Source of the DNA: Candidatus Limnocylindrales bacterium
GTDB taxonomy: Bacteria; Chloroflexota; Limnocylindria; Limnocylindrales; CSP1-4
DNA length: 64,000 nt
Assembly (NCBI GenBank): GCA_038327765.1
Contig: JBBQLI010000002.1
Coordinates: forward strand, 933-64,932
Direction of reading: 5' to 3'
Positions 33,941 through 43,663 of this stretch are shown here, piece by piece. The position numbers were made by a program, and so were the translations under genes. Positions within the stretch are counted from its first letter, which is position 1. Every line of letters starts with the position of its first letter. The notes under the pieces were generated by a model. The model had not been told where the DNA came from. It made no database searches and saw only the letters and a list, made by a program, of their open reading frames with translations.

Positions 33941-35365
33941 CTAGGGGTTGCGCTCCGCGGCGTCGATGACGACCGCGGCGGTCCGGTCGATGTCGCTCTC
34001 GGTCGTCCCCCAGCCGGAGACCGAGAAGCGCATCGCCGCGCGACCCTGCCAGATGGTCCCACCGAGCCACGCCGTCCCATCGGCCTGGACAGCGGCGATG
34101 ACCGCGCGGGTCCGTGCGTCGCCAGTCGTCCCGGCCCCGTCCGCGCCATCCGCCTCGAACCGCACCAGCACCTGGTTCAGGACGACATCGTTGAGCACCG
34201 TGGCGCCCGGTGCGGAACGCAGGTGGTCGGCCATGCGCCGGGCCAGGGCGCAGTCGCGTTCGATCAGCTCGACGAGCCCGCTTCGTCCGAGTGACCGGAG
34301 TGCGGCCAGCACGGTGAACCCGCGCGCGCGGCGTGAGGATTCGGGTACCCAGTTGTAGTTGTCGCGCTCGCCCCCTGCGGTCTCGACGTAGTACGAGGCA
34401 CCGAGCGTCATCGCGGCATGGTGGGCAGCCGCATCGCGCACGAAGACGAGCCCCGAGTCGTAGGGAACGTTGAGCCACTTGTGGGCATCGGTCGACCATG
34501 AGTCGGCATCGTGATAGCCCGCCATCAGGCCCTCCAGCGACGGGGTGGCTGCAGCCCAGATCCCGAACGCACCATCGATATGCACCCAGGCATCACGCTC
34601 GTGCGCGATGGCGATCAGCTCGGCGAATGGATCGAACGCCCCGGAATTCACGTTGCCCGCCTGGAGCGCGACGATCGTCGGACCCTCGATCGACGCGAGG
34701 ACCTCGCGCAGCGCAGCGGGTCGCATCCGTCCCTGGTCGTCTGCAGCGATGCGCCGCACCCGCTCGCCTTCCCGGCCCATCCCGAGCATCTGGAGCGAGG
34801 CGTAGACCGTGACATGCGTCCCTTCGTGGGTGATCACCGTGACCGGCGGCGCACCCTGGAGTCCCAGCCGCTCCACGTCCCAGCCGACGCGGCCGAGGAC
34901 GCCGTGGCGCGCGGCGGCCAGCGCGGTGAAGTTCGCCATCGTCGCGCCGGTCACGAACCCGACGCTCGACTCGGCGGGCAGACCCAGCAGCTCGAGCAGC
35001 CAGCTGGCGGCCACCTCCTCGGCGACAGCCGCGGCAGGCGACAGCGCATACAGGCCGGCGTTCTGGTCCCACGCGCTGGTGAGCCAGTCGGCCGCCAGTG
35101 CTGCCGGCAGACTGCCGCCCACGACGAAGCCGAAGAAGCGCGGGCCGGCACTGGCGATGAGCCCAGGTTCCGCCGCGATCGCGAGCGCAGCGACCACGTC
35201 GGCGGGCGAACTCGGGCCGTCCGGCAGCGGCCCGCCCAACGCGGCGCGCAACGCCGCCAGGTCCACGGCCGGTCCCACGGGTCGATCGTCGAGCGAGGCG
35301 AGGTAGGCCGTCGCCGTCTCGGCGGTCCGCTGGAGCAGGGCGGCGAGATCCGGATCGACGGGCAT
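33941..35365 (-). CDS. PLP-dependent (group II) amino-acid decarboxylase
   Basis: GATMANFTALAAAR...SWSTDAHKWLNVPYDSG (PLP-Lys in HKW), 474 aa. Confidence 0.8.
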   Translation of the reverse strand: MPVDPDLAALLQRTAETATAYLASLDDRPVGPAVDLAALRAALGGPLPDGPSSPADVVAALAIAAEPGLIASAGPRFFGFVVGGSLPAALAADWLTSAWDQNAGLYALSPAAAVAEEVAASWLLELLGLPAESSVGFVTGATMANFTALAAARHGVLGRVGWDVERLGLQGAPPVTVITHEGTHVTVYASLQMLGMGREGERVRRIAADDQGRMRPAALREVLASIEGPTIVALQAGNVNSGAFDPFAELIAIAHERDAWVHIDGAFGIWAAATPSLEGLMAGYHDADSWSTDAHKWLNVPYDSGLVFVRDAAAHHAAMTLGASYYVETAGGERDNYNWVPESSRRARGFTVLAALRSLGRSGLVELIERDCALARRMADHLRSAPGATVLNDVVLNQVLVRFEADGADGAGTTGDARTRAVIAAVQADGTAWLGGTIWQGRAAMRFSVSGWGTTESDIDRTAAVVIDAAERNP

Positions 35366-35442
35366 GGGCTGGAGCCTCCACTGTGAAGGTCAAGCGTAGC
35401 GCCCGGTGGTACGGTGAGCGCGCAACGACAGGAGGACCCACG

Positions 35443-35832
35443 ATGGATCACGACGCGTTCAAAGGCTGGCTCGATCGGTACGTCGACGCCTGGCGACTCC
35501 TGGATCCGACCGCCATCGGCGACCTGTTCAGCCTCGATGTCCGCTACGCCTTCGACCCGTTCGGGGAAGCGCTCGTCGGACGTCCGGCGGTGGTCGCCGC
35601 GTGGGTCGGCTCACCGGATGAACCTGGCTCCTGGCAGGCCGACTACGAGGTCCTCGCCGTCGATGGCGACGTGGGCGTCGCCCACGGCCGGACGCGCTAC
35701 CTGACGGACGATCGGGCAGGCATCGATCGCGAATTCGCGAACGTGTTCGTCTGTCGGTTCGACGCTGCGGGGCGCTGCCGTGAGTTCACCGAGTACTACA
35801 TGCGCGAGCGTCCCGAAGCGATCCCTGACTGA
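35443..35832 (+). CDS. NTF2-like (SnoaL/DUF4440-type) protein, paralog of 20061..20447
   Basis: ATG 35443 follows GGAGGA. The sequence MDHDAFKGWLDRYVDAWRLLDPTAIGDLFSLDVRYAFDPFG...FDAAGRCREFTEYYM aligns along its whole length with the other copy. Confidence 0.7.
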   Translation: MDHDAFKGWLDRYVDAWRLLDPTAIGDLFSLDVRYAFDPFGEALVGRPAVVAAWVGSPDEPGSWQADYEVLAVDGDVGVAHGRTRYLTDDRAGIDREFANVFVCRFDAAGRCREFTEYYMRERPEAIPD

Positions 35833-35920
35833 CCAGCGCCCGGACGTCCGGCGATCGCGACGGCCGGTGTACGCTCACGACCTTCGATCAGCATCCCCAC
35901 TCGAGCGAGGTGCCGCCCCG

Positions 35921-36772
35921 ATGCCCCGAACCGTGCGTGGCGCGCTCGTCCAGGCCAGCTGGACCGGCGACAAGGAATCGATGATCGTGAAACACGAGGC
36001 GTATGCCCACGAGGCGGCCAAGGCTGGCGCCCAGTTCATCCTGTTCCAGGAGCTGTTCTACGGGCCGTACTTCTGCCAGGTCCAGGACGCCAAGTACTAC
36101 AGCTATACCGAGCTGATCCCCGACGGCCCCACCACCAAGCGGATGCAGGATCTCGCGAAGGCGACCGGGATGGTGGTCGTCGCGCCGATGTACGAGGAGG
36201 ACGAGAAGGCCTCGGGCATCTACTACAACACGGCCGCTGTCATCGACGCCGACGGGACGTACCTCGGCAAGTACCGCAAGACGCACATCCCGCACGTGAG
36301 CGGCTTCTGGGAGAAGTTCTATTTCCGGCCCGGCAACCTGGGCTACCCCGTGTTCGAGACCGCCGTCGGCAAGATCGGCGTCTACATCTGCTACGACCGT
36401 CACTTCCCGGAGGGCGCCCGGGCGCTCGGGTTGAACGGCGCCGAGATCGTGCTGATCCCGTCGGCGACCTCACGCGGGCTCTCCGAGTACCTCTGGAAGA
36501 TCGAGCAGCCGAGCCACGCGGTCGCCAACGGCTACTACGTCGGGACTATCAACCGGGTCGGCATCGAGTCCGAGTACGGCGATGACGATTTCTATGGGCA
36601 GAGCTACTTCGTCGACCCGCGCGGGCAGTACGTGGGGAGCGTCGGCTCGGCCCATGACGAGGAGCTGATCATCCGCGATCTCGATCTCGACAAGATCGCC
36701 GAGGTCCGCAACACGTGGCAGTTCTATCGGGATCGCCGGCCCGATGCATATGGGGATATCACCCGGCCCTAG
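35921..36772 (+). CDS. Nitrilase-superfamily beta-ureidopropionase / N-carbamoyl-amino-acid amidohydrolase
   Basis: Glu-Lys-Cys triad context: FQELF, YRKTHIP, GVYICYDRHFPE. Confidence 0.8.
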   Translation: MPRTVRGALVQASWTGDKESMIVKHEAYAHEAAKAGAQFILFQELFYGPYFCQVQDAKYYSYTELIPDGPTTKRMQDLAKATGMVVVAPMYEEDEKASGIYYNTAAVIDADGTYLGKYRKTHIPHVSGFWEKFYFRPGNLGYPVFETAVGKIGVYICYDRHFPEGARALGLNGAEIVLIPSATSRGLSEYLWKIEQPSHAVANGYYVGTINRVGIESEYGDDDFYGQSYFVDPRGQYVGSVGSAHDEELIIRDLDLDKIAEVRNTWQFYRDRRPDAYGDITRP

Positions 36773-36852
36773 AACGCGCTATCATCCGCGCGGCTCGGCT
36801 GTCTGGAGGAGGACAGCCGAGCTGCTTGTTTCTCCGGCTCCGGAGGAGCCCG

Positions 36853-37845
36853 ATGCAGTTCGGTTTCACGCTCAAACCCGACCACACGATCGAGCGGACG
36901 CTGGCCCTGACCCGCCAGGCGGAGGCGGCCGGCTTCGAGTACGGCTGGCTGTTCGACTCGCATGTCCTGTGGCGCGATCCCTATCCGCTGTTGACCCTGA
37001 TGGCCGGGGTCACCGAACGGATGCGACTGGGGACGTGCGTGACCAACCCGGGAACCCGTGAGCCATCGGTGACCGCCTCGGCGCTCGCCACGCTCGACGA
37101 GGTCAGCGGCGGCCGGATGGACCTCGGCATCGGGCGAGGCGACTCGGCCCGGCGGGTGCTCGGCAAGCCGCCGATCACGATGGCGAACACGGAGGAGGCG
37201 ATCCGGGTCATCCGGGCGCTCGTGGCCGGCGAGTCGATCGACTACGAGGGAACGCCGCTCCGCTTCCCGTGGACCTCGGGCTGGAATCTGCCGGTCTGGG
37301 TCGCCGGGTATGGCCCGCTGGCACTGGCGATGACCGGGCGCGTGGCCGACGGCATCATCCTCCAGCTCGCGGACCCCGACCTCATCCGGTGGTTCGCCGG
37401 GCAGGTCCGCGAGGCGGCTGTGGCCGCTGGGCGGGATCCCGCCTCGATCCGGATCCAGGCGGCCGCACCGGCCCATGTCGGCCCGCGGGACGTCGGACGC
37501 GACTGCACCCGCTGGTTCCCTGCCCTGGTCTCGAACCATGTCGTGGATCTCATCGCCAAGGTGCCGCCCGACCGATTGCCGGAGAGCCTGACGGGCTACG
37601 TCGCTGATCGCTCCGGGTACGACTACCTGCATCACGCCGAGGTCGGCTCGTCGAACGCGTCGTTCGTCGGCGACGAAGTGACCGACCGGTTCTGCATCCT
37701 CGGCTCGGCCGCCGAACATGTCGCGAAGCTGCGCGAGCTGGCCGACGCCGGCGTAGACCAGTTCAACCTCTACCTCATGAACGGCGATGAGGAGGGCCAG
37801 CTCGAGGCATACGGGCGCGATGTGATCCCTCTCCTGCGCCGGTAG
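36853..37845 (+). CDS. Luciferase-like monooxygenase (LLM) family oxidoreductase, probably F420-dependent class
   Basis: ATG 36853 follows GGAGGAG. Sequence: MQFGFTLKPDH...GFEYGWLFDSHVLW...RMRLGTCVTNP...MDLGIGRGDS...VWVAGYGP...FCILGSAAEHVAKLRELADAGVDQF. The F420 versus FMN choice cannot be decided by eye. Confidence 0.75.
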   Translation: MQFGFTLKPDHTIERTLALTRQAEAAGFEYGWLFDSHVLWRDPYPLLTLMAGVTERMRLGTCVTNPGTREPSVTASALATLDEVSGGRMDLGIGRGDSARRVLGKPPITMANTEEAIRVIRALVAGESIDYEGTPLRFPWTSGWNLPVWVAGYGPLALAMTGRVADGIILQLADPDLIRWFAGQVREAAVAAGRDPASIRIQAAAPAHVGPRDVGRDCTRWFPALVSNHVVDLIAKVPPDRLPESLTGYVADRSGYDYLHHAEVGSSNASFVGDEVTDRFCILGSAAEHVAKLRELADAGVDQFNLYLMNGDEEGQLEAYGRDVIPLLRR

Positions 37846-37980
37846 GGCACACTTGACCGGGCACGCGACGAACGCTCAGGGGAACCTGGTCATGCCCGGC
37901 ATCAAGCCATTCACGATCAGCGGTCGGTCGGTCCGGGTGATTGGAGTCGCCCGGCGGACGGCCGTGGGGGGAGATCGAAC

Positions 37981-40059
37981 GTGACCGATCGGCGTCTGTC
38001 GCTGGCGGGCTGGCGTGAGTCGCTCGCGGGCGCGAGCGATCTGCTCAGCCACTGGCGTGCGCTGCTGGCGGTCAGTCGCCCACGGACCTGGCTCAGCACG
38101 GCCATCCCGTTCCTGGTCGGTGCGGTCGAGGTCCAGCGCGGGCTGAGCCCCGCCATCATCCTGGGGATCATCTATTTCCTCGGCCCGTATCACCTGCTGG
38201 TGAACGGCGAAACGGCCCTGTCCGGCGCCCTGGCGGGCGCGAGCATCGCGCAGCGCCGGATCGCCATCGCGCTCACGAACCTGCCATTACTGATCGTCAT
38301 CGTGCTCCTCGCGGGCGCGACGGCCGGTCTGGGGCTGACCCTCGCCGTCGCCGCGGCCGTCGCATCCACGGTCCCGCCACTCCATGTGAGGGAACGGGCG
38401 CTGCGGGACGCGCTGACGGGCGCGCTCCAGGTCGTCGTCCCCGCTGTGTGCGGGTTCCTCGTCGCGGGTCGGGCGCTGGAAGACGTGCCCTGGCCCGCCA
38501 TCGTCGCCTTCACGCTCTGGGTGATCGCGTCCCAGGCGTTGCGCGCGATCGGGACGGTCGGCGTGGATCGGGACGCGGGGCCGGCCCTCATCGCGTCGAT
38601 ACTCGGGGGCCGGGTCACCGCGGCGCTGTCGATCGGCGGCTATCTCCTGGCAGCAGCGATCGTCGCGACCCTTGGCCCCCTCGGCGTGGTGGCCGCATTC
38701 GGGCTGATCCTGTATGCCCTGCTGCCCGTGATGATCCTGGCCTCGCCTCGCGACGATCCCGAGCCGGAGCGCAGCGCCGCCCGCCGCGCCTGGGCTGGCT
38801 TCCTCGGTCTCGATATCCTCGTGGGCTTGTGGCTGGCCCAGCTCCTCCTGCGGCAGTGGGGCCTTGTGACCGTCTCCGCGTTCTCGATCGCACTCTGGGC
38901 GTCGGCGATCATCCTCGTGTATGCCGTCCTGGATATCGTGGCGACCCGTCTCAGCACCCGTCGGCGCGTCGCGGACGACCGCACGGCCGCGCACGCCGCG
39001 GTCCCATCGCTGACGATCGTCGTGGCGGTCCGTGACGGGGCCGCGACCGTGGTCGACACCATCGATGCGCTCTGCCAGCAGACCTACGCGGACGGGACGA
39101 TCCTCGTCGTCGACGACGGGTCGACCGATGGGTCCGCGGCGATCGCGGCCGCTCGACTCGGGCGGGCCGGGACGGTCATCAAGGCACCGCCGAGACCGCC
39201 CGGCTGGACCGCTCGGAGCTGGGCCCGTCATGTCGGTGTCGAGACTGCGACGACCGACCTGGTCCTGTTCGTCGACGCGGACACGCACCTTGTCCCGGTG
39301 GCGGCGCGGATCCTCGTGGAGCAGTTCCAACTGGGCCGGTACGAGCTCCTGTCCGGTGTCCCAGGCTACGACATGCCGACGCGCGCGGAGCGGGCCGCGG
39401 TCCCCGGCTTCCCGCTCCTCCTCTTCGGGTTCGTGCCCGTGTGGCTGTCGGCGGTGACATCCGGGCGTCCGGCTCCCGCCGCGTTCGCCTACGGCCCGTT
39501 GCTGCTCGTCCAGCGCGCGGCGTACCAGGCCTGCGGCGGCCTCGCGGCGAAGCCCGCGACCGCGCGAGAGGACGTGGAGCTCGCGCATACCTTTGCCCGA
39601 GCTGGGCAGCGCATCGGGACGGTCCACGCGGCCGACCTCGCGACGACCCGGCGCTACCGGACGGTGCGGGCCACCATGGCCGGCTGGCGACGCAGCCTCA
39701 TCCCGAACGCGGGTGGCTCGCTCGCCGGCGGGATCGCCACGATCGCGTTGGAGCTCCTGGTCTTCGTCGTGCCGTTCGTGCTGCCGCCTTTTGCGATCCT
39801 GAGCCACCAGGAGCCTCGATCGGTGATCGTGAGCTTCGTGCCCCTCGCCCTGCTGCTGGTCATGCGGCTCGCCCTCACGCTCACCCAGCGGCAATCCGCG
39901 TGGACGATCCTGTGGCATCCGGTGACCGTCGTCCTGACACTGGTCGGCCAGCTGCTGGGCATCGTGGACCACCTAACGGGGCGCGGCCTCGAGACCGGTG
40001 GGACGGCCGTACTCATCCCCGAGGGCCTGGTCGCCGAAGGGTCGGTCCCGGAAGGCTAG
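37981..40059 (+). CDS. Polytopic membrane fusion: UbiA-prenyltransferase-like N-terminal domain + GT2 glycosyltransferase + C-terminal TM region
   Basis: The N-terminal about 330 aa hold multiple TM helices with a UbiA-like second motif (GVDRDAG), but the first Asp-rich motif is degenerate (LLVNGETALSG). The GT2 core reads PSLTIVVAVRDGAATVVDTIDALCQQTYADGTILVVDDGSTDGS...FVDADT. Confidence 0.6.
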   Translation: MTDRRLSLAGWRESLAGASDLLSHWRALLAVSRPRTWLSTAIPFLVGAVEVQRGLSPAIILGIIYFLGPYHLLVNGETALSGALAGASIAQRRIAIALTNLPLLIVIVLLAGATAGLGLTLAVAAAVASTVPPLHVRERALRDALTGALQVVVPAVCGFLVAGRALEDVPWPAIVAFTLWVIASQALRAIGTVGVDRDAGPALIASILGGRVTAALSIGGYLLAAAIVATLGPLGVVAAFGLILYALLPVMILASPRDDPEPERSAARRAWAGFLGLDILVGLWLAQLLLRQWGLVTVSAFSIALWASAIILVYAVLDIVATRLSTRRRVADDRTAAHAAVPSLTIVVAVRDGAATVVDTIDALCQQTYADGTILVVDDGSTDGSAAIAAARLGRAGTVIKAPPRPPGWTARSWARHVGVETATTDLVLFVDADTHLVPVAARILVEQFQLGRYELLSGVPGYDMPTRAERAAVPGFPLLLFGFVPVWLSAVTSGRPAPAAFAYGPLLLVQRAAYQACGGLAAKPATAREDVELAHTFARAGQRIGTVHAADLATTRRYRTVRATMAGWRRSLIPNAGGSLAGGIATIALELLVFVVPFVLPPFAILSHQEPRSVIVSFVPLALLLVMRLALTLTQRQSAWTILWHPVTVVLTLVGQLLGIVDHLTGRGLETGGTAVLIPEGLVAEGSVPEG

Positions 40060-40161
40060 GTCGGCCGACCGGCCGGGCCGTCGCGCGCACGATAAGCCCG
40101 GCCTTCGCTACCATCACGAGCCTGACCGTCCCTCCCGCTCACTCGCCCCGCGGAGGCCCCG

Positions 40162-41559
40162 ATGCGCACGCTCATCGTCAACGGCACGATCGTCACCGCG
40201 GACGGTTCGACTGCGGCCGACGTCCTCATCGATGGCGAGGTCATCGTCCAGGTCGGGCGCGACCTGCCCGCCGCGGGCGTCAACGCCGACGAGACGATCG
40301 ATGCGACCGGGAGGTATGTGATCCCGGGCGGCATCGACGTCCATACGCACATGGAATTGCCCTTCGGCGGCACCTTCGCCAAGGACACGTTCGAGACGGG
40401 GACCCGCGCCGCCGCGTTCGGCGGCACCACGTCGATCGTGGATTTCGCCGTCCAATCGCGCGGGAAGTCGCTGCGCGAGGGCCTGGATGCGTGGCACGCG
40501 AAGGCCGAAGGGAACGCCGTCGCCGACTACGGGTTCCATATGATCATGAGCGACGTCAATGACGCGACGCTCGCCGAGATGGATGGCCTGGTCGCCGAGG
40601 GGATCCCGGACTTCAAGCTGTTCACCGCGTATCCGGGTGTCTTCTACAGCGATGACGGGGCGATCTTCCGGGCGCTCCAGCAGAGCGCGAAGAACGGCGG
40701 GCTGATCATGATGCACGCCGAGAACGGGATGGCGATCGATGTCGTGGCGGCCCAGACGGTCGCCGCCGGCACCACCGATCCGATCGGGCATGGGCTGGCG
40801 CGCAAGCCGATCTTCGAGGGCGAGGCCACCAATCGCGTCATCCGCCTGGCCGAGGCGGCCGGAGCGCCGATCTACTTCGTGCATCTCTCCGCCTCTGACG
40901 CGTTGAGCGAGGTCCGCGCCGCGCGAGATCGGGGCGCGAAGGTCTTCGCCGAGACGTGCCCGCAGTACCTGTTCCTCTCGCTGGAGGATCTCGGGCACGG
41001 GTTCGAAGGCGCCAAGTTCGTGTGCTCGCCACCGCTGCGCTCGAAGGAGACCTGGGACGACCTATGGACGGGCCTGGTCAAGGACGACCTCCAGCTCGTG
41101 GCGACGGACCATTGCCCGTTCGATTTCCACGGCCAGAAGGAGCTGGGGGTCGGCGATTTCCGCAAGATCCCGAACGGGCTCCCGGGCGTCGAGGACCGGC
41201 TGGACCTCCTCCACGACGGAGGTGTCGTGGCCGGCCGCATCACGCGCGAACGGTGGGTGGAGATCGTCTCGACAGCGCCGGCCAAGCTGTTCGGGATGTA
41301 CCCGCAGAAGGGTGCCGTGGCCGTTGGTTCGGACGCAGACCTCGTCATCTACGATCCGAACCGGCGGCACACGATCTCCGCGACGACCCACCACATGGAC
41401 GTCGACTATTCCTGCTACGAGGGCCGCAGCGTCCAGGGCGGGTCGGACGTGGTGCTGAGCCGCGGGTCCGTGATCGTCCGTGACGGCGCGTTCACCGGGA
41501 AGAAGGGCCACGGCCGGTTCGTCAGGCGAGCTCCGGCGGAGTACGTTCGCCACGCCTGA
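40162..41559 (+). CDS. hydA: Dihydropyrimidinase / D-hydantoinase
   Basis: MRTLIVNGTIVTADG...VIPGGIDVHTHMELPFGGT...MMHAENG...FVHLS...ATDHCPF, the cyclic amidohydrolase metal ligands. Confidence 0.9.
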   Translation: MRTLIVNGTIVTADGSTAADVLIDGEVIVQVGRDLPAAGVNADETIDATGRYVIPGGIDVHTHMELPFGGTFAKDTFETGTRAAAFGGTTSIVDFAVQSRGKSLREGLDAWHAKAEGNAVADYGFHMIMSDVNDATLAEMDGLVAEGIPDFKLFTAYPGVFYSDDGAIFRALQQSAKNGGLIMMHAENGMAIDVVAAQTVAAGTTDPIGHGLARKPIFEGEATNRVIRLAEAAGAPIYFVHLSASDALSEVRAARDRGAKVFAETCPQYLFLSLEDLGHGFEGAKFVCSPPLRSKETWDDLWTGLVKDDLQLVATDHCPFDFHGQKELGVGDFRKIPNGLPGVEDRLDLLHDGGVVAGRITRERWVEIVSTAPAKLFGMYPQKGAVAVGSDADLVIYDPNRRHTISATTHHMDVDYSCYEGRSVQGGSDVVLSRGSVIVRDGAFTGKKGHGRFVRRAPAEYVRHA

Positions 41560-42481
41560 GGGTCGCGCGGTCGTCGTCATCGACGGCGGGCTTGCCACCG
41601 AACTCGAGGCGCGCGGCCACGACCTCAGCGACCGACTCTGGTCCGCGCGGCTGCTGCTGACCGAGCCCGATGCGATCGAGGCCGTCCACCTCGCCTATTT
41701 CGACGCCGGTGCCACGGTCGCGACGACCGCCAGCTACCAGGCGACGATCCCGGGCTTCGAGGCTGCCGGGATGGATCGCGAGATCGCGCTGGACGCGATC
41801 CGCCGGAGCGTCGCCATCGCGCAGCAAGCACGCCAGCGCTTCGCCGACGAACGTGGGGTCCCGATCGAGGACCTTCGCATCGCGGGTTCCGTCGGACCAT
41901 ATGGCGCGATGCTCGCGGACGGTTCCGAGTACCGCGGCGACTACGACCCGGGCGCCGCGGCGCTGGTCGAGCTTCACTTGCCGCGGATGGAAGCGCTGCT
42001 CGAGGCCGGCGCGGACCTACTCGCGCTCGAGACGATCCCGACGGTCCGCGAGGCCGAGGTGCTCGTCCGGCTGGTGGAGTCGCTCGGTGCCACGGCGTGG
42101 CTCTCGTATCAGTGTCGCGATGCACGCTCGACCGCGGCCGGTGAACCGATCGAGACCGCCGTGCAGGTGGCGGATGGAGTGACGGAGATCGTCGCGGTCG
42201 GTGTCAATTGCACGCCGCCACGAGCCTTGCCGGGACTCCTGCTTCGCGCCGAAGACGTGGCGACGCATCCGCTGATCGCCTATCCCAACGCCGGAGACCG
42301 CTGGGAACCTGGGTCACACCGCTGGGTCGCCGATACCGGCGGTGGCTACGACCCGGTGGCCGTCGCCGGCTGGCGGTCGCTCGGCGCGACATGGCTCGGC
42401 GGGTGCTGCGGGACGGGCCCGGACGAGATCGCCCGCCTCGTCGCGGCGCTGGCGAACGGGCAGGCGCCGGCGGCCGGCTGA
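41480..42481 (+). CDS. mmuM: Homocysteine S-methyltransferase
   Basis: VIDGGLATELE...YQAT...GVNCT...GGCCGTGPDEI (Zn-binding Cys). The only in-frame canonical start is ATG 41480, which gives an 80-nt overlap with hydA. Confidence 0.8.
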   Translation: MTARSPGRRATAGSSGELRRSTFATPEGRAVVVIDGGLATELEARGHDLSDRLWSARLLLTEPDAIEAVHLAYFDAGATVATTASYQATIPGFEAAGMDREIALDAIRRSVAIAQQARQRFADERGVPIEDLRIAGSVGPYGAMLADGSEYRGDYDPGAAALVELHLPRMEALLEAGADLLALETIPTVREAEVLVRLVESLGATAWLSYQCRDARSTAAGEPIETAVQVADGVTEIVAVGVNCTPPRALPGLLLRAEDVATHPLIAYPNAGDRWEPGSHRWVADTGGGYDPVAVAGWRSLGATWLGGCCGTGPDEIARLVAALANGQAPAAG

Positions 42482-42631
42482 CCGGCGGTCTCGGCAAGTG
42501 GAGATTTCGTTTCGCGCAACGCGTCCCGCGGGGCGGCGGCGCAACGAACGAGCCGCCAGCGAGCATCCGGAACCGCGGACTCGCGACAGGAACGGGAGAA
42601 CGGCCCGGATCGCGAGCCCGATACTGCCGGC

Positions 42632-43663
42632 ATGTCGTTCGATCCCGCGGTCATCCTGCTCGCCCTCGGGCTGTCGATCCCGCCATCGTTCGCGTACCTC
42701 GTCGTCCTGAACGCGGTGGACCGGTACGAGAAGGAACCGTGGACCGTCCTGCTGGCCTGCGTCGGGTTCGGCGCGTTCGTCGCGCCGGCGGTCTCGGCGA
42801 TCGTGCTCGCCGCCGTGGGTCGGCCCGTGTCGCTGGCGCCGCAGTTCGCGCTGGGTCCAGGCTCCGGCGATGCCCTGGTCGGGATCGTCGAAGAGGTCGT
42901 GAAGGCGAGCTGCCTGCTGGCGATGGTGCGCCTCGTCCGCGACGAGTTCGACGACATCCTCGACGGGGTCATCTACGGCGCCGCGATCGGGGCCGGGTTC
43001 GCCGCCACGGAGTCGTTCCTCTTCGCCGCCGGGGGCACGGGTTCACTTGACGGCGGGACGATCGGGGCGCTCCTCTTGGCGGGTCTGGATCACGCGTTCT
43101 ACGGGATGGTCTTCGGTGCCGTCGCCGGGTACGCCGCAGGCCAGCGTGACGGGTCGTCGTCGTGGTCGCGCATCGTGATCGTCTACGGCGTCGCAACGGC
43201 GGCGCTCGCCCACGCACTCCACGACACGTTGCCCGCCATCCTGACCCGCGTCCTCGATCGGCCCGATGCGGCGACCGGCACCCTGACCACCGCCATCGCC
43301 GAAGGCATCAACGTGCTCGGGCTCCTGACCCTTGCCCTCGTGATCAAGGCCGCGTGGCATCGCGAGGGTCGGGTCGTTCGCGAGCAGCTGGCCGACGAGG
43401 TGACGAGCGGCGTGCTGGGAGCGGACGACGTCGAGACGATCGGATCCATCCCGCGCCGGCTCCGCGAGCAGCGCGACGCGTTCCGACGTGATGGCCTGGG
43501 CGGCGTCCGCGCCACCCGCCGCCTCTACGCGACCGCCGGGGAGCTGGCATTCGCAAAGGAGCAGCTGGCCGTCCGGCGCCGCGTCCGACCGTCAGAGACG
43601 CGGGTCGATGACCTGCGCGCCGAGATCCGCCGCCTGCGGACGCAGCTGGGCGACACGCGATGA
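42632..43663 (+). CDS. PrsW-family intramembrane metalloprotease
   Basis: It has multiple TM helices, VDRYEKEPW, EEVVKASCLL (EExxK), FDDILDGVIYGAAIGAGFAATESF and LAHALHDTL (HxxxD), followed by a roughly 110-aa C-terminal soluble, likely cytoplasmic region. Confidence 0.85.
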   Translation: MSFDPAVILLALGLSIPPSFAYLVVLNAVDRYEKEPWTVLLACVGFGAFVAPAVSAIVLAAVGRPVSLAPQFALGPGSGDALVGIVEEVVKASCLLAMVRLVRDEFDDILDGVIYGAAIGAGFAATESFLFAAGGTGSLDGGTIGALLLAGLDHAFYGMVFGAVAGYAAGQRDGSSSWSRIVIVYGVATAALAHALHDTLPAILTRVLDRPDAATGTLTTAIAEGINVLGLLTLALVIKAAWHREGRVVREQLADEVTSGVLGADDVETIGSIPRRLREQRDAFRRDGLGGVRATRRLYATAGELAFAKEQLAVRRRVRPSETRVDDLRAEIRRLRTQLGDTR

